From: an uncultured Methanosarcinaceae archaeon
GTDB taxonomy: Archaea > Halobacteriota > Methanosarcinia > Methanosarcinales > Methanosarcinaceae
DNA: 64,000 nucleotides
Assembly (NCBI GenBank): GCA_963818955.1
Contig: CAWFUY010000028.1
Span: 100,486-164,485, forward strand
Reading direction: 5' to 3'
The position numbers and the translations under genes were made by a program. Below are positions 9,956 to 21,374 of the stretch, in pieces. Under the pieces are notes generated by a model. The model made no database searches. It saw nothing but the letters and a program-made list of their open reading frames with translations, and was not told the origin of the DNA. The first letter of the stretch is position 1; each line of letters starts with the position of its first letter.

Positions 9956-10603
9956 TCATGGCTTTTGAACACCGGGTTCCAAAGGCTTATTCAATACACT
10001 TTTTGCCCGCAGAACTCTTTGTATAATGGTAATATGGGAAAATACGGCGATCAACACAAGAGCCCACCCGAGAAGGTTAAAAAGAGCCCCTAATGTAAGG
10101 GTTATCATTCTTTCACTGCGTTCGGCAATCCCTATAGATAACTTCTGGCAGCCTGCTGACTCAGCGCGTGCGCGAGTGTAACTCACAAGAAAAGAACCTA
10201 TAAGGGCAAAGCCAGCCCAGAGCCAGCCATCAATTTGAAATATGGGAGATAGTGTAAGCCTTCCATTTACTGCGCCTGAAATAATACCAAGAAACACTAA
10301 TCCGTCGGAATAACGATCACATACCGAATCAAGCACGCCTCCGAAAGGAGTGATTTTGCCTGTTGCCCTTGCTACTCCTCCGTCCAGGGTATCGAAGACT
10401 CCACTGAAGAGGATTAATAACCCACCTTCAAAAGGTTTGCCCAGGGCAAATGCCACCCCTGCAGCCCCACTTACCAGAAAACCCAGTATAGTAAGGGTAT
10501 TTGGTGATAAAGGAATTAAACGGGCAATGGGCATTACCAGCCTCCGTATGCTATTTTTTAAGTCTTCGAATATTTTAATCCCTTCCTTATGTCTGGCTAT
10601 CAT
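9956..10603 (-). CDS. pgsA: CDP-alcohol phosphatidyltransferase (archaetidylinositol-phosphate synthase-like)
   Basis: SPNTLT; DTLDGGVAR...GGVLDSVCDRYSD signature; VSYTRARAE; start uncertain. Confidence 0.85.
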   Translation of the reverse strand: MIARHKEGIKIFEDLKNSIRRLVMPIARLIPLSPNTLTILGFLVSGAAGVAFALGKPFEGGLLILFSGVFDTLDGGVARATGKITPFGGVLDSVCDRYSDGLVFLGIISGAVNGRLTLSPIFQIDGWLWAGFALIGSFLVSYTRARAESAGCQKLSIGIAERSERMITLTLGALFNLLGWALVLIAVFSHITIIQRVLRAKSVLNKPLEPGVQKP

Positions 10604-10774
10604 GAAGCATACTTGAAATATCTGTAATTTTATGTAGACACTTATCCAACTTTTAAGAGGGCGATAAGTAGCCCGATAAGTTAAGAAAGATTTGTTGCCA
10701 GTTTGGAACATGTCATTTTAATGATCCTTAAGATATGATAAGCCTGATGAGTTTAAAAGCTATGGAGTCGAAAA

Positions 10775-11923
10775 ATGGAGATTGTTAAAGAACATAGGGA
10801 CAGATGCATACGTTGTGGAAAATGTCTTGAAGTATGTCCTCGCTATGATGACCTCGGATTGATTGAAGACCTCTGCAGGTATTTGGAAGGAAGCTTAGAA
10901 ATTGATCAGAGTTCTCTGCTGCGCTGTCTAACATGCGGGCTCTGTACAATAGCTTGCCCTCAAGGTCTTGGAATCAAGAGGCTGATTTCTCCTGCCCGAC
11001 ATAAGTGGGTAAATGATAACGGTCTAACAGATAGGCAGAAAATAGTGGACCCTGATGCTCAAAATAATATCTTCAAAAAAATTGCTGAGATTGATACTAT
11101 CCCTGTGTATAAAGACAGTCCGGGTTCCGTAGTCTATTTTCCGGGCTGCGCCGGTACCAGTATCAATACCTGCATGGCAAAAGCTGCGGTAGCACTCCTT
11201 GAAAAGGCAGGAGTGGATTATACTGTTCTGAACGGGATTGAATACTGCTGCGGAGCCGTATCCGCAGGTGCCGGTGACTTTGGCCCTATCCGCAGGCACG
11301 GGCAGCGAAACATCGAGGAAATCCAAAAAAGAGGAGCCAGGATTCTTATAACCGCCTGCCCTGGCTGTTTCAGGGCTTTTAAAGATATGTATCCCCGGAT
11401 GTTTGGAAAGCTTGATTTTCAGGTCATGCAGGTTTCCCAGTACCTGGAGCTCCTGCTAAAGGAGGGTAAACTCAGTCCTGAGGCCGGTCTTAATCACAGG
11501 GTTTTTTATCATGACCCCTGCCATTTGACGCGGAGTATGGGGATATATAGTGAAGCAAGAAGAATGTTGGAGATGATTCGGGGTACCGAGCTTGCCAACA
11601 AAACTCCTGAAAACTCTGCTTGCTGCGGTTTTGGAGGTGGGGTAAGAGTAAATTATCCTTCCGAATCCCTTGCCCTGGCATCGGACAGATTCAGAGCTGC
11701 AGAAAAACTGGGGTGTGACGTAATTATTACGAACTGCGGAGGCTGCATGCAGAACCTCATTGAGGCCCGAAGGGATGAAAAAATAAAAGTTTTTGACCTT
11801 GCTGAGTACCTTTCCCTTGCCTGTGGAATAAGAATAGAACGGGAAGACAGGAAAATGATCGAACTTGTCAACAGGGCTTACAGGGCCTGCGTCTTCGGTT
11901 ACTCTGAACCCGATAACTTTTGA
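10775..11923 (+). CDS. Fe-S oxidoreductase, HdrD/GlpC-like (2x[4Fe-4S] plus two CCG domains)
   Basis: CIRCGKCLEVCP, CLTCGLCTIACP, YFPGC...YCCG...CPGC, YHDPCH...CCG...CGGC. Confidence 0.88.
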   Translation: MEIVKEHRDRCIRCGKCLEVCPRYDDLGLIEDLCRYLEGSLEIDQSSLLRCLTCGLCTIACPQGLGIKRLISPARHKWVNDNGLTDRQKIVDPDAQNNIFKKIAEIDTIPVYKDSPGSVVYFPGCAGTSINTCMAKAAVALLEKAGVDYTVLNGIEYCCGAVSAGAGDFGPIRRHGQRNIEEIQKRGARILITACPGCFRAFKDMYPRMFGKLDFQVMQVSQYLELLLKEGKLSPEAGLNHRVFYHDPCHLTRSMGIYSEARRMLEMIRGTELANKTPENSACCGFGGGVRVNYPSESLALASDRFRAAEKLGCDVIITNCGGCMQNLIEARRDEKIKVFDLAEYLSLACGIRIEREDRKMIELVNRAYRACVFGYSEPDNF

Positions 11924-12155
11924 TCAGATTCTTTCCTGGTAATTTGTACTTTTTCCCGGAGTTATGATCCACTACAAACTGTCTTTTCATTGGACGATAC
12001 AAAACAATCAAATTTTAATGATATAAAATTAATATTCCTCCAGTATTTACATCAAAAATATAAGAAGCCAAAATCCGATAGGCTTTAAACTGTTGGTTTA
12101 ATTTTATCACTCGATTTACATTTTATGGTATGTATTAATTCTGGAGGAAAATAGA

Positions 12156-12515
12156 ATGGTGGATTCCAGGGAAAGTAACGAAAGATACAAAAAATTTAAG
12201 GAAAGTAATGTAGGAGTTCTTGATGCGCTAAACCGCATATGCGACGAATGGCTTTTGAATAAGGATGAGAAAACTTTCCTTAAAGTGAGAGGCCAGAGCG
12301 GTGGATCCAGGATATCCGTGCTTGATGATGTTTATGAGGCAATTCTCGAATATGTAGAGGCTAAAGGAGAGTTTGAAAAGGATGACTTTGTACTCGAGTT
12401 TTGCGAACTTCTGAAAAGTGAGAATATGGACCTATATGAGCGTTTAATGAGTAAGATTGTCGGCGATTTTGTATTCAATGTAGTAAAAGCTTATTCTGTG
12501 AGTAAACAGGATTGA
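12156..12515 (+). CDS. Hypothetical protein
   Basis: 119-aa ORF preceded by GGAGG RBS. Confidence 0.7.
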   Translation: MVDSRESNERYKKFKESNVGVLDALNRICDEWLLNKDEKTFLKVRGQSGGSRISVLDDVYEAILEYVEAKGEFEKDDFVLEFCELLKSENMDLYERLMSKIVGDFVFNVVKAYSVSKQD

Positions 12516-13033
12516 TTGGGCACGTTATTATATTACTCATTAATTTTTTTATTTTTAAAATTATCTTTTTCGTTCAATGCCTAATGTAAGTTTTCTTTCT
12601 ATCTTTATATCGACCTCATCTTTTATCTTTATAAATTGTCTTCAATTAAGTTGTTATACTATATATTATTCTAGCTAATGTACCCTACTCTTTGCGATAA
12701 ATTTATATATTTATACGCACTACTATCATTTAGTAAATCAAATTTGCTTGATTTACATTTAACTGCCATTTTAAATCTCCATAAAACTGCAAACCTCTGG
12801 GATAATTTGCCTTTAAACCTCCATTAATTTCTTATTTTTTGTTTTTTACTATTATTTTTGCTTTTCTAGTCATTATTTACTTTTGATTTCACTTTTCTCG
12901 ACACAAGATTAATTAGATGATATAGCTATTATGCAGGAAACTCCAACATGATGCGGAACATCCTATCATTTAAAATAAAGGCTCTGATTTTTGATATCCA
13001 TACCTGTTGCAGGTTCGAATTCTGGTGAAAACT

Positions 13034-14692
13034 ATGGCTGATGCAGTTCACTGGGCAGATATTGTAGCCGAAAGTATGCTAAAAGAAAATAGTAAACATC
13101 TTGTTGCTATGGAAATTATTCCTTCTGGCAACATTAATATCAATAATATTAGAGAAGCGGTTACTGCCGACGCTGTTTATAAGGCTCTCCTTGATAAGGA
13201 GGAGGATGCCGATTTCATCTGTATAGCGGACAATTTTTATCCCCTGCAGAAAGTTTACTCGTTTCTTCCGGAGAGCTATATCGAACATGTAGGAAAGCCC
13301 ATCTCCGGAATTCCCTGCCCTTGTGGGACTTGCGCAAATTATGCAGAACATTTCCTCAAACCTTCTCTTGAAGCCCTGAATCGAATAGGGATCAATCCAA
13401 GAGTATACAGGACAGATGAGATATACCAGGCAGGCAGGTATAATGAAGCAATAAAGACTGCCCTTATTAAGAGAGAAATCATTGCAAAAATCCTGGAAGA
13501 TTTTTCCGGAAAAGCCACAGCATACAATTGGAGTCCTTTTAATCCCGTTTGCGGTAAATGCGGCAAGATTACTAAAACGAAAGTGATGGGCTTTGACCCG
13601 GAAGCTGAGACTGTGGAATATACCTGTGCCTGCGGTCACTCAGGAACAGTACACATGGCAGGAGGAGGAAAACTAACCCGGAGCATGGAATGGCCTGCCC
13701 GCTGGGCAATCTTCAGGGTTACGACCGAGCCTCTTGGAAAAGACTTTTCTTCGAAGGGTAGTTCTTACGATACCGTAAAAAGGATTGCACAGGAAATTTT
13801 CGGGACTAAAGCTCCTTATCCTATCATCTGTGGGCAGATAATGCCTGGAAAACGAGGAATAGTAAATCTGCCTAACGAGACTGTTATCTCTCCTACAAAT
13901 GCGACTTTCCCGGTTTCGGATCTATTTGAGATAATGCCTCCAGAGATTCTTCGCTATATGATAATCCGTACGAGGCCTGAAAAGCCGATATATCTCGATC
14001 CAGGGCAAAATTTTCTGACTATTACGGACGAATACGATCGGCTCAGGACTCATTTCCGAAGAAAAGATCCTTCGTTTGGTATTTTTGAAAGCAGAATTTG
14101 CGAACTTTCCCGGTTAACAGATATCTGTCACTCAGAGATCTCTTTCAGGCATATGGTCACTATTTACCAGGTTGCCAGAGGGAATTTTGACCAAATCCTT
14201 AAGATCGTAAGACGCTTAGACTGCTCACCGGAATACGAAAAATATATAAAGGAGCTTATAGACAACGTTTCCAGGTGGCTTGAACTTTGTGCCCCTCCTT
14301 TTGTAAAATTTAAGGTGAAAGAGACCGTACCTGTGCAGGCAGCAACTCTTTCGGAGCTTCAGAAGGCTTTTCTTTCAGCTTTCTCAGCCCATATTAGAAC
14401 CAGGGAAAGACTCAGCGCAGAAGAATTTCATATGCTGATTTACTCCGCAAAAAAGGAGGATTCCGAGCTGAATATAAGGATTTTGGAAAAGATAAATAAG
14501 CAGACACAGCACATAGGCTCAAGAGATGTTATACTACAGATAGAGCCTGGAGACCTTTTTAGAGCTATTTACATCTCTTTACTCGGGAAAAACTCAGGCC
14601 CTAGAGCCGGATGGTTTCTTTCTTCTTTTGAGAAGGAATTCCTGGTAAAAAGATTCAACGAGGCATCGGCCTATAGCCCGGGAAAACAATGA
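13034..14692 (+). CDS. lysK: Class I lysyl-tRNA synthetase homolog with degenerate active site
   Basis: HWAD N-terminus, [30 protein letters not shown]; HIGN replaced by NINN, KMSKS-equivalent absent; GGTGA RBS before ATG 13034. Confidence 0.9.
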   Translation: MADAVHWADIVAESMLKENSKHLVAMEIIPSGNININNIREAVTADAVYKALLDKEEDADFICIADNFYPLQKVYSFLPESYIEHVGKPISGIPCPCGTCANYAEHFLKPSLEALNRIGINPRVYRTDEIYQAGRYNEAIKTALIKREIIAKILEDFSGKATAYNWSPFNPVCGKCGKITKTKVMGFDPEAETVEYTCACGHSGTVHMAGGGKLTRSMEWPARWAIFRVTTEPLGKDFSSKGSSYDTVKRIAQEIFGTKAPYPIICGQIMPGKRGIVNLPNETVISPTNATFPVSDLFEIMPPEILRYMIIRTRPEKPIYLDPGQNFLTITDEYDRLRTHFRRKDPSFGIFESRICELSRLTDICHSEISFRHMVTIYQVARGNFDQILKIVRRLDCSPEYEKYIKELIDNVSRWLELCAPPFVKFKVKETVPVQAATLSELQKAFLSAFSAHIRTRERLSAEEFHMLIYSAKKEDSELNIRILEKINKQTQHIGSRDVILQIEPGDLFRAIYISLLGKNSGPRAGWFLSSFEKEFLVKRFNEASAYSPGKQ

Positions 14693-15378
14693 TTTTTATG
14701 GACAAATCGGATATTCACACTCTTGCAGGTTCGCAAGCAAAGTCCTTAAAAGCACACATTCTCGCATGGGATAAAGAGTATTGTCACCTTAGATGGGGTG
14801 GACCGGCACCTATAAAGAATCTGCAGGTTCACCTTCGTCCAGGGTCGAAAGTTCTCGATGCAGGTTCGGGAAACGGCAGATACCTGACCGAACTTACAAA
14901 ATATTATTTGACTTTTGGCGTTGATATTTCTGTAACAGCCCTGAGCAATTCCAGAACACAGTTAATGAGAAACGGCAGATTTGCCGAACATATCAGGTCA
15001 AGTATCCATAAGCTTCCTTTCAAATCTCACTCTTTTGACGGAATCCTCTGCTATGGTGTGCTTCAGCATCTATTCCCGAATGAAAGAGAAGCAGCTGTAA
15101 TGGAATTCAGGCGTGTGCTCCGAGAAGGAGGTTTAGTCTTCTTTGAAGCCTTCGGTTCTGAAGATATGCGCTGTGGGGGAAATTCCTCTATTCCTTATGA
15201 AAAAAACACTTTTATCCGGCAAAACGGATTAATCTATCACTATTTTACAAAAGAAGAAGTAAATACACTTTTTCAAGAGTTTGAAACGACGGAACTGGAT
15301 AATATAATTAAGGAAAAAACATTCAGGGGAGAAGCATATAAGAGACATATGATAAGGGGGATCTTCCGAAAGTTTTAA
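14689..15378 (+). CDS. Class I SAM-dependent methyltransferase
   Basis: [42 protein letters not shown]; ATGA overlap with the LysRS stop. Confidence 0.9.
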   Translation: MIFMDKSDIHTLAGSQAKSLKAHILAWDKEYCHLRWGGPAPIKNLQVHLRPGSKVLDAGSGNGRYLTELTKYYLTFGVDISVTALSNSRTQLMRNGRFAEHIRSSIHKLPFKSHSFDGILCYGVLQHLFPNEREAAVMEFRRVLREGGLVFFEAFGSEDMRCGGNSSIPYEKNTFIRQNGLIYHYFTKEEVNTLFQEFETTELDNIIKEKTFRGEAYKRHMIRGIFRKF

Positions 15379-15468
15379 ATTCCCACCTTAAGATGCATTC
15401 TTCATTTACATTGGAAAAATCAAACGGAATATGTTTTAATTATGTTGGGATCTTCTCATTTTATTTCA

Positions 15469-15726
15469 TTATGTAAATCCGAGCTTCAGATAATTTAATA
15501 GAATTATGAGAAGAGCTCCGAATATACCCCCTATGGCACAGATTACAATTGCTAACCAGGTAATCGCGATTTCAATTCCGAGTAAAAACTTTGCTGCGAT
15601 CAGTACCAAAATCCCAAGTACTGCATTTATTGCAAGACTGGTGGCAGTCTTAAGGATTTTATATAAAACAAAGGCTACTATAATTGCTAGAATTAGAACT
15701 ATGATTTCTGTTATTGGAAATACCAT
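15469..15726 (-). CDS. Small membrane protein, BofA-like family
   Basis: 85 aa, three hydrophobic segments, LAINAVLG and AIGGIFG patterns. Confidence 0.65.
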   Translation of the reverse strand: MVFPITEIIVLILAIIVAFVLYKILKTATSLAINAVLGILVLIAAKFLLGIEIAITWLAIVICAIGGIFGALLIILLNYLKLGFT

Positions 15727-16125
15727 ATTTCTTAGAAGGAGTTCTACTTATTTATAATTATCATTGAGTTTATAAAAGATAGAAGAATCAAAACGATTCC
15801 TGGAATTGATAACTTTTTTACATTTTTCTGTGTAAGAAAATAAATATATATAGGGATTTTTTATATACCGATTAAACTTTTATATTTTTGAATATTATAT
15901 ATAATAAAGCAAGTAATAACACCGCCACAAGTGGGAGAGGGGATCTAAATGATTCATTCTCTAATCTCCCTTTTATTTTCACGATGAAGCGGGATCTAAT
16001 AGTGGACCCGCACTGGTTTATTCCAAACGGCGATGAGTCTTTTGCACATTTTCCACTCATCGCCACACCCATCTTAAAATTTGAGAAAGATTGGGTTTTA
16101 ACCCAACCATTTCAAATCTTACAAT

Positions 16126-17622
16126 TTACAGTTTTCTGCGTTCAAATATAGCCAGTACGCCAAGAACCACGGCAACCACTACAATTAAGGGAAGTTCTGG
16201 AACCGGAACACTCGGCAAGGTAGTTCTTTGACCTGAAATCGAATACATCTGTACCGGATTTTGGGTGGTAAAACCGGACCCTTTATCTAACAATTTTCCC
16301 TTAAATGCATTCTTTATATAATCACTGAAGCCCTCAATGAATGGTGTTTGGAACATATTGGTTTTGGACGCAAGTTTGGAGTTCAACGAAGTTGCTGCAT
16401 TGGTATTTATAATTGATGTTGGATAAATCGGAGTCTTATATCCGGATATATAGTTACGGTTAAGGCTTAACTTAACGTTAGAAGGAACAGAATTCTTTAT
16501 TGCGTAACCGCTTTTACCGTTCTTGATATTATTATTCGAAATAGTTACGGTACGAGTGCCCGAAACTGCGCTATTGATGTTTATTCCTGCAACATAAGAA
16601 CCGATGATGTCATTATTACTAATTGTTATCCCGTTACCGCATCTTGTGATAGCTATGCCGCCATTTCGGGTAACTCCTTCATTTTCGTATCCGCTGTCAT
16701 GTATTACATTACTATAGATATTAACATTTGATCCGTCATTTAAATCGTCTAATTGAATACCGTCGACTCCTGACATAATATTACAGTTTTTAACAACTAT
16801 ATTTTTAGTGGGCAACGAAGAAGCTACGTTGGCTATTTGAATACCATTATCTGAATAAGCATAACCTTGGCGATTTTTCACGTAAGTTGTGACACCGGAG
16901 TATGGCGATATGTCTTCATTTGCTATCGTTAGATCCTGACAGCTATCCAACCTATCAGCTGCACAAGAACATTGACGAGCAACATTGTTACTTATTTCTC
17001 CACCTATTACACGCGAGTACATTACACAGCAATGCTGCAAATTACTTCCGATGTTGTTATAATAATAAATGTTTTTTCCATTCGTGACTCTAAATCCTTC
17101 ACCTTTTGCGTCGTGCAAGTTCATACCATATACGCGAATATTATATACGGGCGAGCTGGTTGACCCCTGGAAAGAAATTAGTCTGTAAAGGTCTCTTCCC
17201 CCTGGTCCGGATTGAGCCCCTTCGTTACCATCTATTTCAAACCCGTGTATTTTTATGTCGTGCACTGCACTTCCCCTCTGACCTATTACAGGGGTTCCCA
17301 CACTTGCTGTTGTCCATCCAACAAGATTTGCTAATCTAAGTTTAGCAGTAGAGTCACCTGTGAGTTCCGTATTTGACCCGATTAAGCAAGAACCTCTTAT
17401 GTCATAAACAAATGGTCCTTTAAGGTAGACTGTTGTATCGGGGTGCTTTGCTGCATATTCAAGCGCCTGGTTAATCTGCACTTGATCATCCCTACCGTCA
17501 CATTTATAATTACCTGTGCTGTCTCCTGCGACATAAATGGTTTGTGCACATAATGCAACAGGAGTATTTACAACCATACCAAAACATATGAGTAAAAGGA
17601 TAATCATTTTTTGTTTTATCAT
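16126..17622 (-). CDS. Secreted right-handed beta-helix (disaggregatase-related) protein with PEF-CTERM-like anchor
   Basis: Signal peptide; IYVAGDSTGNYKCDGRDDQVQINQAL; Asn/Ile PbH1-like repeats; C-terminus VPELPLIVVVAVVLGVLAIFERRKL. Confidence 0.85.
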   Translation of the reverse strand: MIKQKMIILLLICFGMVVNTPVALCAQTIYVAGDSTGNYKCDGRDDQVQINQALEYAAKHPDTTVYLKGPFVYDIRGSCLIGSNTELTGDSTAKLRLANLVGWTTASVGTPVIGQRGSAVHDIKIHGFEIDGNEGAQSGPGGRDLYRLISFQGSTSSPVYNIRVYGMNLHDAKGEGFRVTNGKNIYYYNNIGSNLQHCCVMYSRVIGGEISNNVARQCSCAADRLDSCQDLTIANEDISPYSGVTTYVKNRQGYAYSDNGIQIANVASSLPTKNIVVKNCNIMSGVDGIQLDDLNDGSNVNIYSNVIHDSGYENEGVTRNGGIAITRCGNGITISNNDIIGSYVAGININSAVSGTRTVTISNNNIKNGKSGYAIKNSVPSNVKLSLNRNYISGYKTPIYPTSIINTNAATSLNSKLASKTNMFQTPFIEGFSDYIKNAFKGKLLDKGSGFTTQNPVQMYSISGQRTTLPSVPVPELPLIVVVAVVLGVLAIFERRKL

Positions 17623-18300
17623 TTACCCCACTCCATAACAAAGTTATATTAAAAAAAATTTAGTTATTAAATTTAAAAAATTTATTAATTATGTTGATCA
17701 AATCATGTATCGATAATATCTAGAGAATCGGTCATTTCAGCAATAGATTCCTTTAAGGATGTGAGCAAGCTTTTCAAGTCCAGCTCAATTTCCCTTTAAA
17801 TTATCAATTTCCCTTTAACTGTCGGTTCCCCCTTAAAAGTAAATTTCCTTAAGACTTTAATTTTCCTTGTAACCTTCAATTCCGATATAAAACTTTATGA
17901 GGATAGAGAGTTTGATTTCAAATTTTCTTGTCTTTTTTTTCAAATATTGAGATTGAATTGAAAAATCCTCTGCCCCCGGTATCCTTTTTTGCCCCCTTTA
18001 AAACCCCAGACTCTTGTTCGATTCTAAATTTATTCATCTGGAGATTTAGAATGGAATTTGAGGTTTTGTTTGATAAAATTTAGGAAACTGATTCTCAAAA
18101 ATTCGGGCAATTTAACGGATCCGAAATAACTTTAAAGAAAGAAAGAAAGTCAAAGGAATGATAAACATGAGAATCGATGGTGATAGTTTATGTCAAAAAC
18201 TGTTTATTTTATCTAACATATTCCCCGCTCCATCTATTTAATTTACTTATTGATGTTATTATTAAGATTAACAATCTATAAATATTTAATAGTTGTCCTT
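17623..18300 (-). promoter_or_regulatory. Long conserved upstream/leader region, copy 1
   Basis: Block-wise similarity to 20408-21210; TATA-like TATTTATA near 18280; 8-codon uORF 18219-18193; ~18-bp periodic repeats 17786-17883. Confidence 0.55.
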
Positions 18301-18894
18301 TAAAATTTTTACAATGTTTTTCTATAAATTAGTGATTAATTAAAGATATAAGGTAGATATAACCTGAAAAAACGTTTGAACTTTTGTTCGAGCCCTATAA
18401 GTGAGACGTATGGTTGAAAAGACGTAAATCTAATATGCGGATTAAATGGAAACTGAACAATAAAATTTAAATAGATTGACATCATACATTTATTGCCTAT
18501 GAAACGCCCAACCTCGAAAAGTTAAATAATACCGCATCCATCAACTCGGACAAATAGCAAACGGGCGGGTTTTCTATCTCTCCTTTCCCGCCCAAACTGT
18601 CTCTTTTTATTAGTATCAGAAATCGGAATGTGAGTTAGACGCGAAAACCTGGTAAAGAATCTTGGAGGAATTATCTCTTGACTAATTTATATTTCAATTT
18701 TACATGTTTGCAGTAGATTTATCGATATTTTAACCAATTATATATTTTGCCTATTATTTCAAAAATCGTGCTAAAAATATTTTCCGCAAACATCAATTAC
18801 ATTAATCCGGTAAGAAAAGACATTATTAAAATAAAAAATGAGTAAATTTGAGAAAGATTGAGTTTTTACCCAACCATTCCAAATTTTATATAGT

Positions 18895-20407
18895 TTAAAG
18901 TTTTCTGCGTTCAAATATAGCCAATACTCCAAGAACTAGAGCAATAACTACAATTAAGGGGAGTTCCGGAACCTGAACACCCGGTAAGGTAGTGCTTTGA
19001 TCTGGATTTGAATATATCTGTGTGGGATTTTGACCAGTAGAACTGGATCCATCACTGAATTGCAGTTTTCCCCCAAATGCACTTGTTATATAATTACTGA
19101 AGTTCTCAATGAACTCTGATTGGAATATAGTGGTTTCAGATGCAAGATTAGAGTTTAAGGAAGTTGCACTATTGGTATTTAAATTGATGTTGGATAAATC
19201 GGAGTCTTATATCCGGATATATAGTTACGATTTAAGGCTTAACTTAACGTTAGAAGGAACAGAGTTCTTTATTCCGTAACCGCTTTATTATTAACTTACC
19301 GTTCTTGATATTGTTATTCGAAATAGTTACGGTATGAGTGCCCGAAATTGCGCTATTGATGTTTATTCCTGCAATATAAGAACCGATGATGTCATTATTA
19401 CTAATTGTTATCCCGTTACCACATCTTGTGATTGAAATACCACCATTTCGGGTAACTTTCTCGTTTTCATATCCACTGTCATGTATTTTATTATTAATAA
19501 TTTTAACATTTGATCCGTCATTTAAACCATCTAACTGAATACCCCCTACTCCCGATACAATATCACAGTTTTGAACTACTATATTTTTAGTGGGTGCTGT
19601 AGAAGCTACGTTTCCAATTTGAATACCATTGTCTGACACAGCACATCCCCGAGAATTTTTAGAGTAAGTTGTGGTGCCAGTACAAGGCGATATTTTTTCA
19701 TTTTTAATTGTTATGTCTTGACAGCTATCCAATCTATCACCTGCACAAGAACAAGAACGTGCAATACTATCACGTATTTCTCCGCCTATTACACGCGAAT
19801 ACATTACACAGCAATGCTGCAAATTACTTCCGATGCTATTATAATAATAAATGTTTTTCCCATTTGTTACTCTAAATCCTTCACCTTTAGCGTCGTGCAG
19901 ATTCATGTTATACACATAAATATTGTAAACAGGCGCGCTGGTTGACCCCTGGAAAGAGATTAATCTGTAGAGATCCTGTCCTGCCGGCCCGGATTGAGCA
20001 CCTTCGTTGCCATCTATTTCAAACCCGTGTATTTTTATGTCGTGCACTGTGCCTCCCTTCTGGCCAATGATTGGAGTACCCGCAGCTACCTTCGTCCATC
20101 CAACACGATTCGCCAATCTAAGTTTAGCGGTAGAGTCACCTGTGAGTTCTGTGTTTGACCCGATAAAGCAAGTGCCTTTTATATCATAAGTAAATCGTCC
20201 TTTGAGGTACACTTTTGTACCGGGATTTTTTGCTGCATAATCAAGCGCTTGATTAATCTGTACCTGGTCGTCTTTTCCATCGCATTTATAAGTACCTGTG
20301 CCGTCTCCTGAGACATAGATTGTTGATTGTGCACCTAATACAACAGGAGTATTTACAACTATACAAAAACATATGAGCAAGAGAAAAAGCATTTTTTGTG
20401 TTATCAT
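18895..20407 (-). CDS. Tandem paralog of the PEF-CTERM beta-helix protein, frameshifted near 19180-19290
   Basis: Closely similar to 16126-17622; the downstream frame ends VPELPLIVVIALVLGVLAIFERRKL-TAA at 18895. Confidence 0.85.
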
Positions 20408-21210
20408 TTACCCCACTCCATAGCAATATCTCTTTATAAAAATTTTATTTGATTGGTTTAAATAATTTATTAATGATGACAATTAAATCATATCAATTAA
20501 ATCATATTCAACGTCGATAAATAGTCATTTCAGTAAAAGATTGCTATTAAGATGTAAGCTTTTAAGTTCAACTCAATTTCCTTTAAACTGTCAATTCCCC
20601 TTAATCCCCTTAATTTCCTTTAATCCATAAAATTCCCCTTTAAACAGTTAATTTCCTGAAACTATAAATTAATCTTAAAACCTTCAATTCCAATGCAAAC
20701 CTTTGTGAGATCAATGGATAGAGAAGTTGCTTCCAAGTTTATTTCTTCTATTTTTTCAAATATTGAGATATAAATTGAAAACTCTATACCCTTTTCGACC
20801 CTTTCGACCCAAAACTTATGTTCAAGATTTCAACTATCTTCAACCAGTGTCATGAAAACTTAATTGTGGATCATCAATTTAAGGTCAAAACCATATCAAC
20901 TGATGGAAGCTACCAAATAGTATATTCCATAATTAGGTTTTTACGATACTAGGAACTTTATTATGGAAATGAAGTTAGTTTGTGCAAAATTTAGCAAACT
21001 GTTTTTTAGGAGTTCGGTCATTTAATGGATCCGAGAATATCTAATACAAGAAATGAGAGTCAAAGGAATGATAAGCAGCTTGTATCGATAGTGATGGCTT
21101 ATGTCAAAAACTGTTTGTTTCGATTATCATGTTCCCCTCTCCATCTGTTTTATTTATTAATGTTATTAATAAGACAAACAATGTATAAATATTTAACATG
21201 TTGTCTTTAA
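20408..21210 (-). promoter_or_regulatory. Long conserved upstream/leader region, copy 2
   Basis: TATA-like near 21185; uORF 21130-21104; periodic repeats 20574-20691. Confidence 0.55.
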
Positions 21211-21374
21211 AATATTTATGAAGTTCGCTAATTAAATGAAGTACTTCATTAAAACATATTAAGGCAGACATAGCTGAAATATCGGAGGATTAAATATTTC
21301 TCCGGTGAAAAGAGTATAAATTTATTCCTGGATCCTGAAAAACTATGAAAAAAGTTTGAATTTATATTTGAGTC

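Noticed and set aside
18495-18596. Possible IS200/IS605 end remnant (CCCAACCTCGAAAAGTTAA) and GGGCGGG/CCCGCCC hairpin
   Set aside because: Short resemblance from memory only; no tnpA/tnpB coding remnant or complementary arm seen
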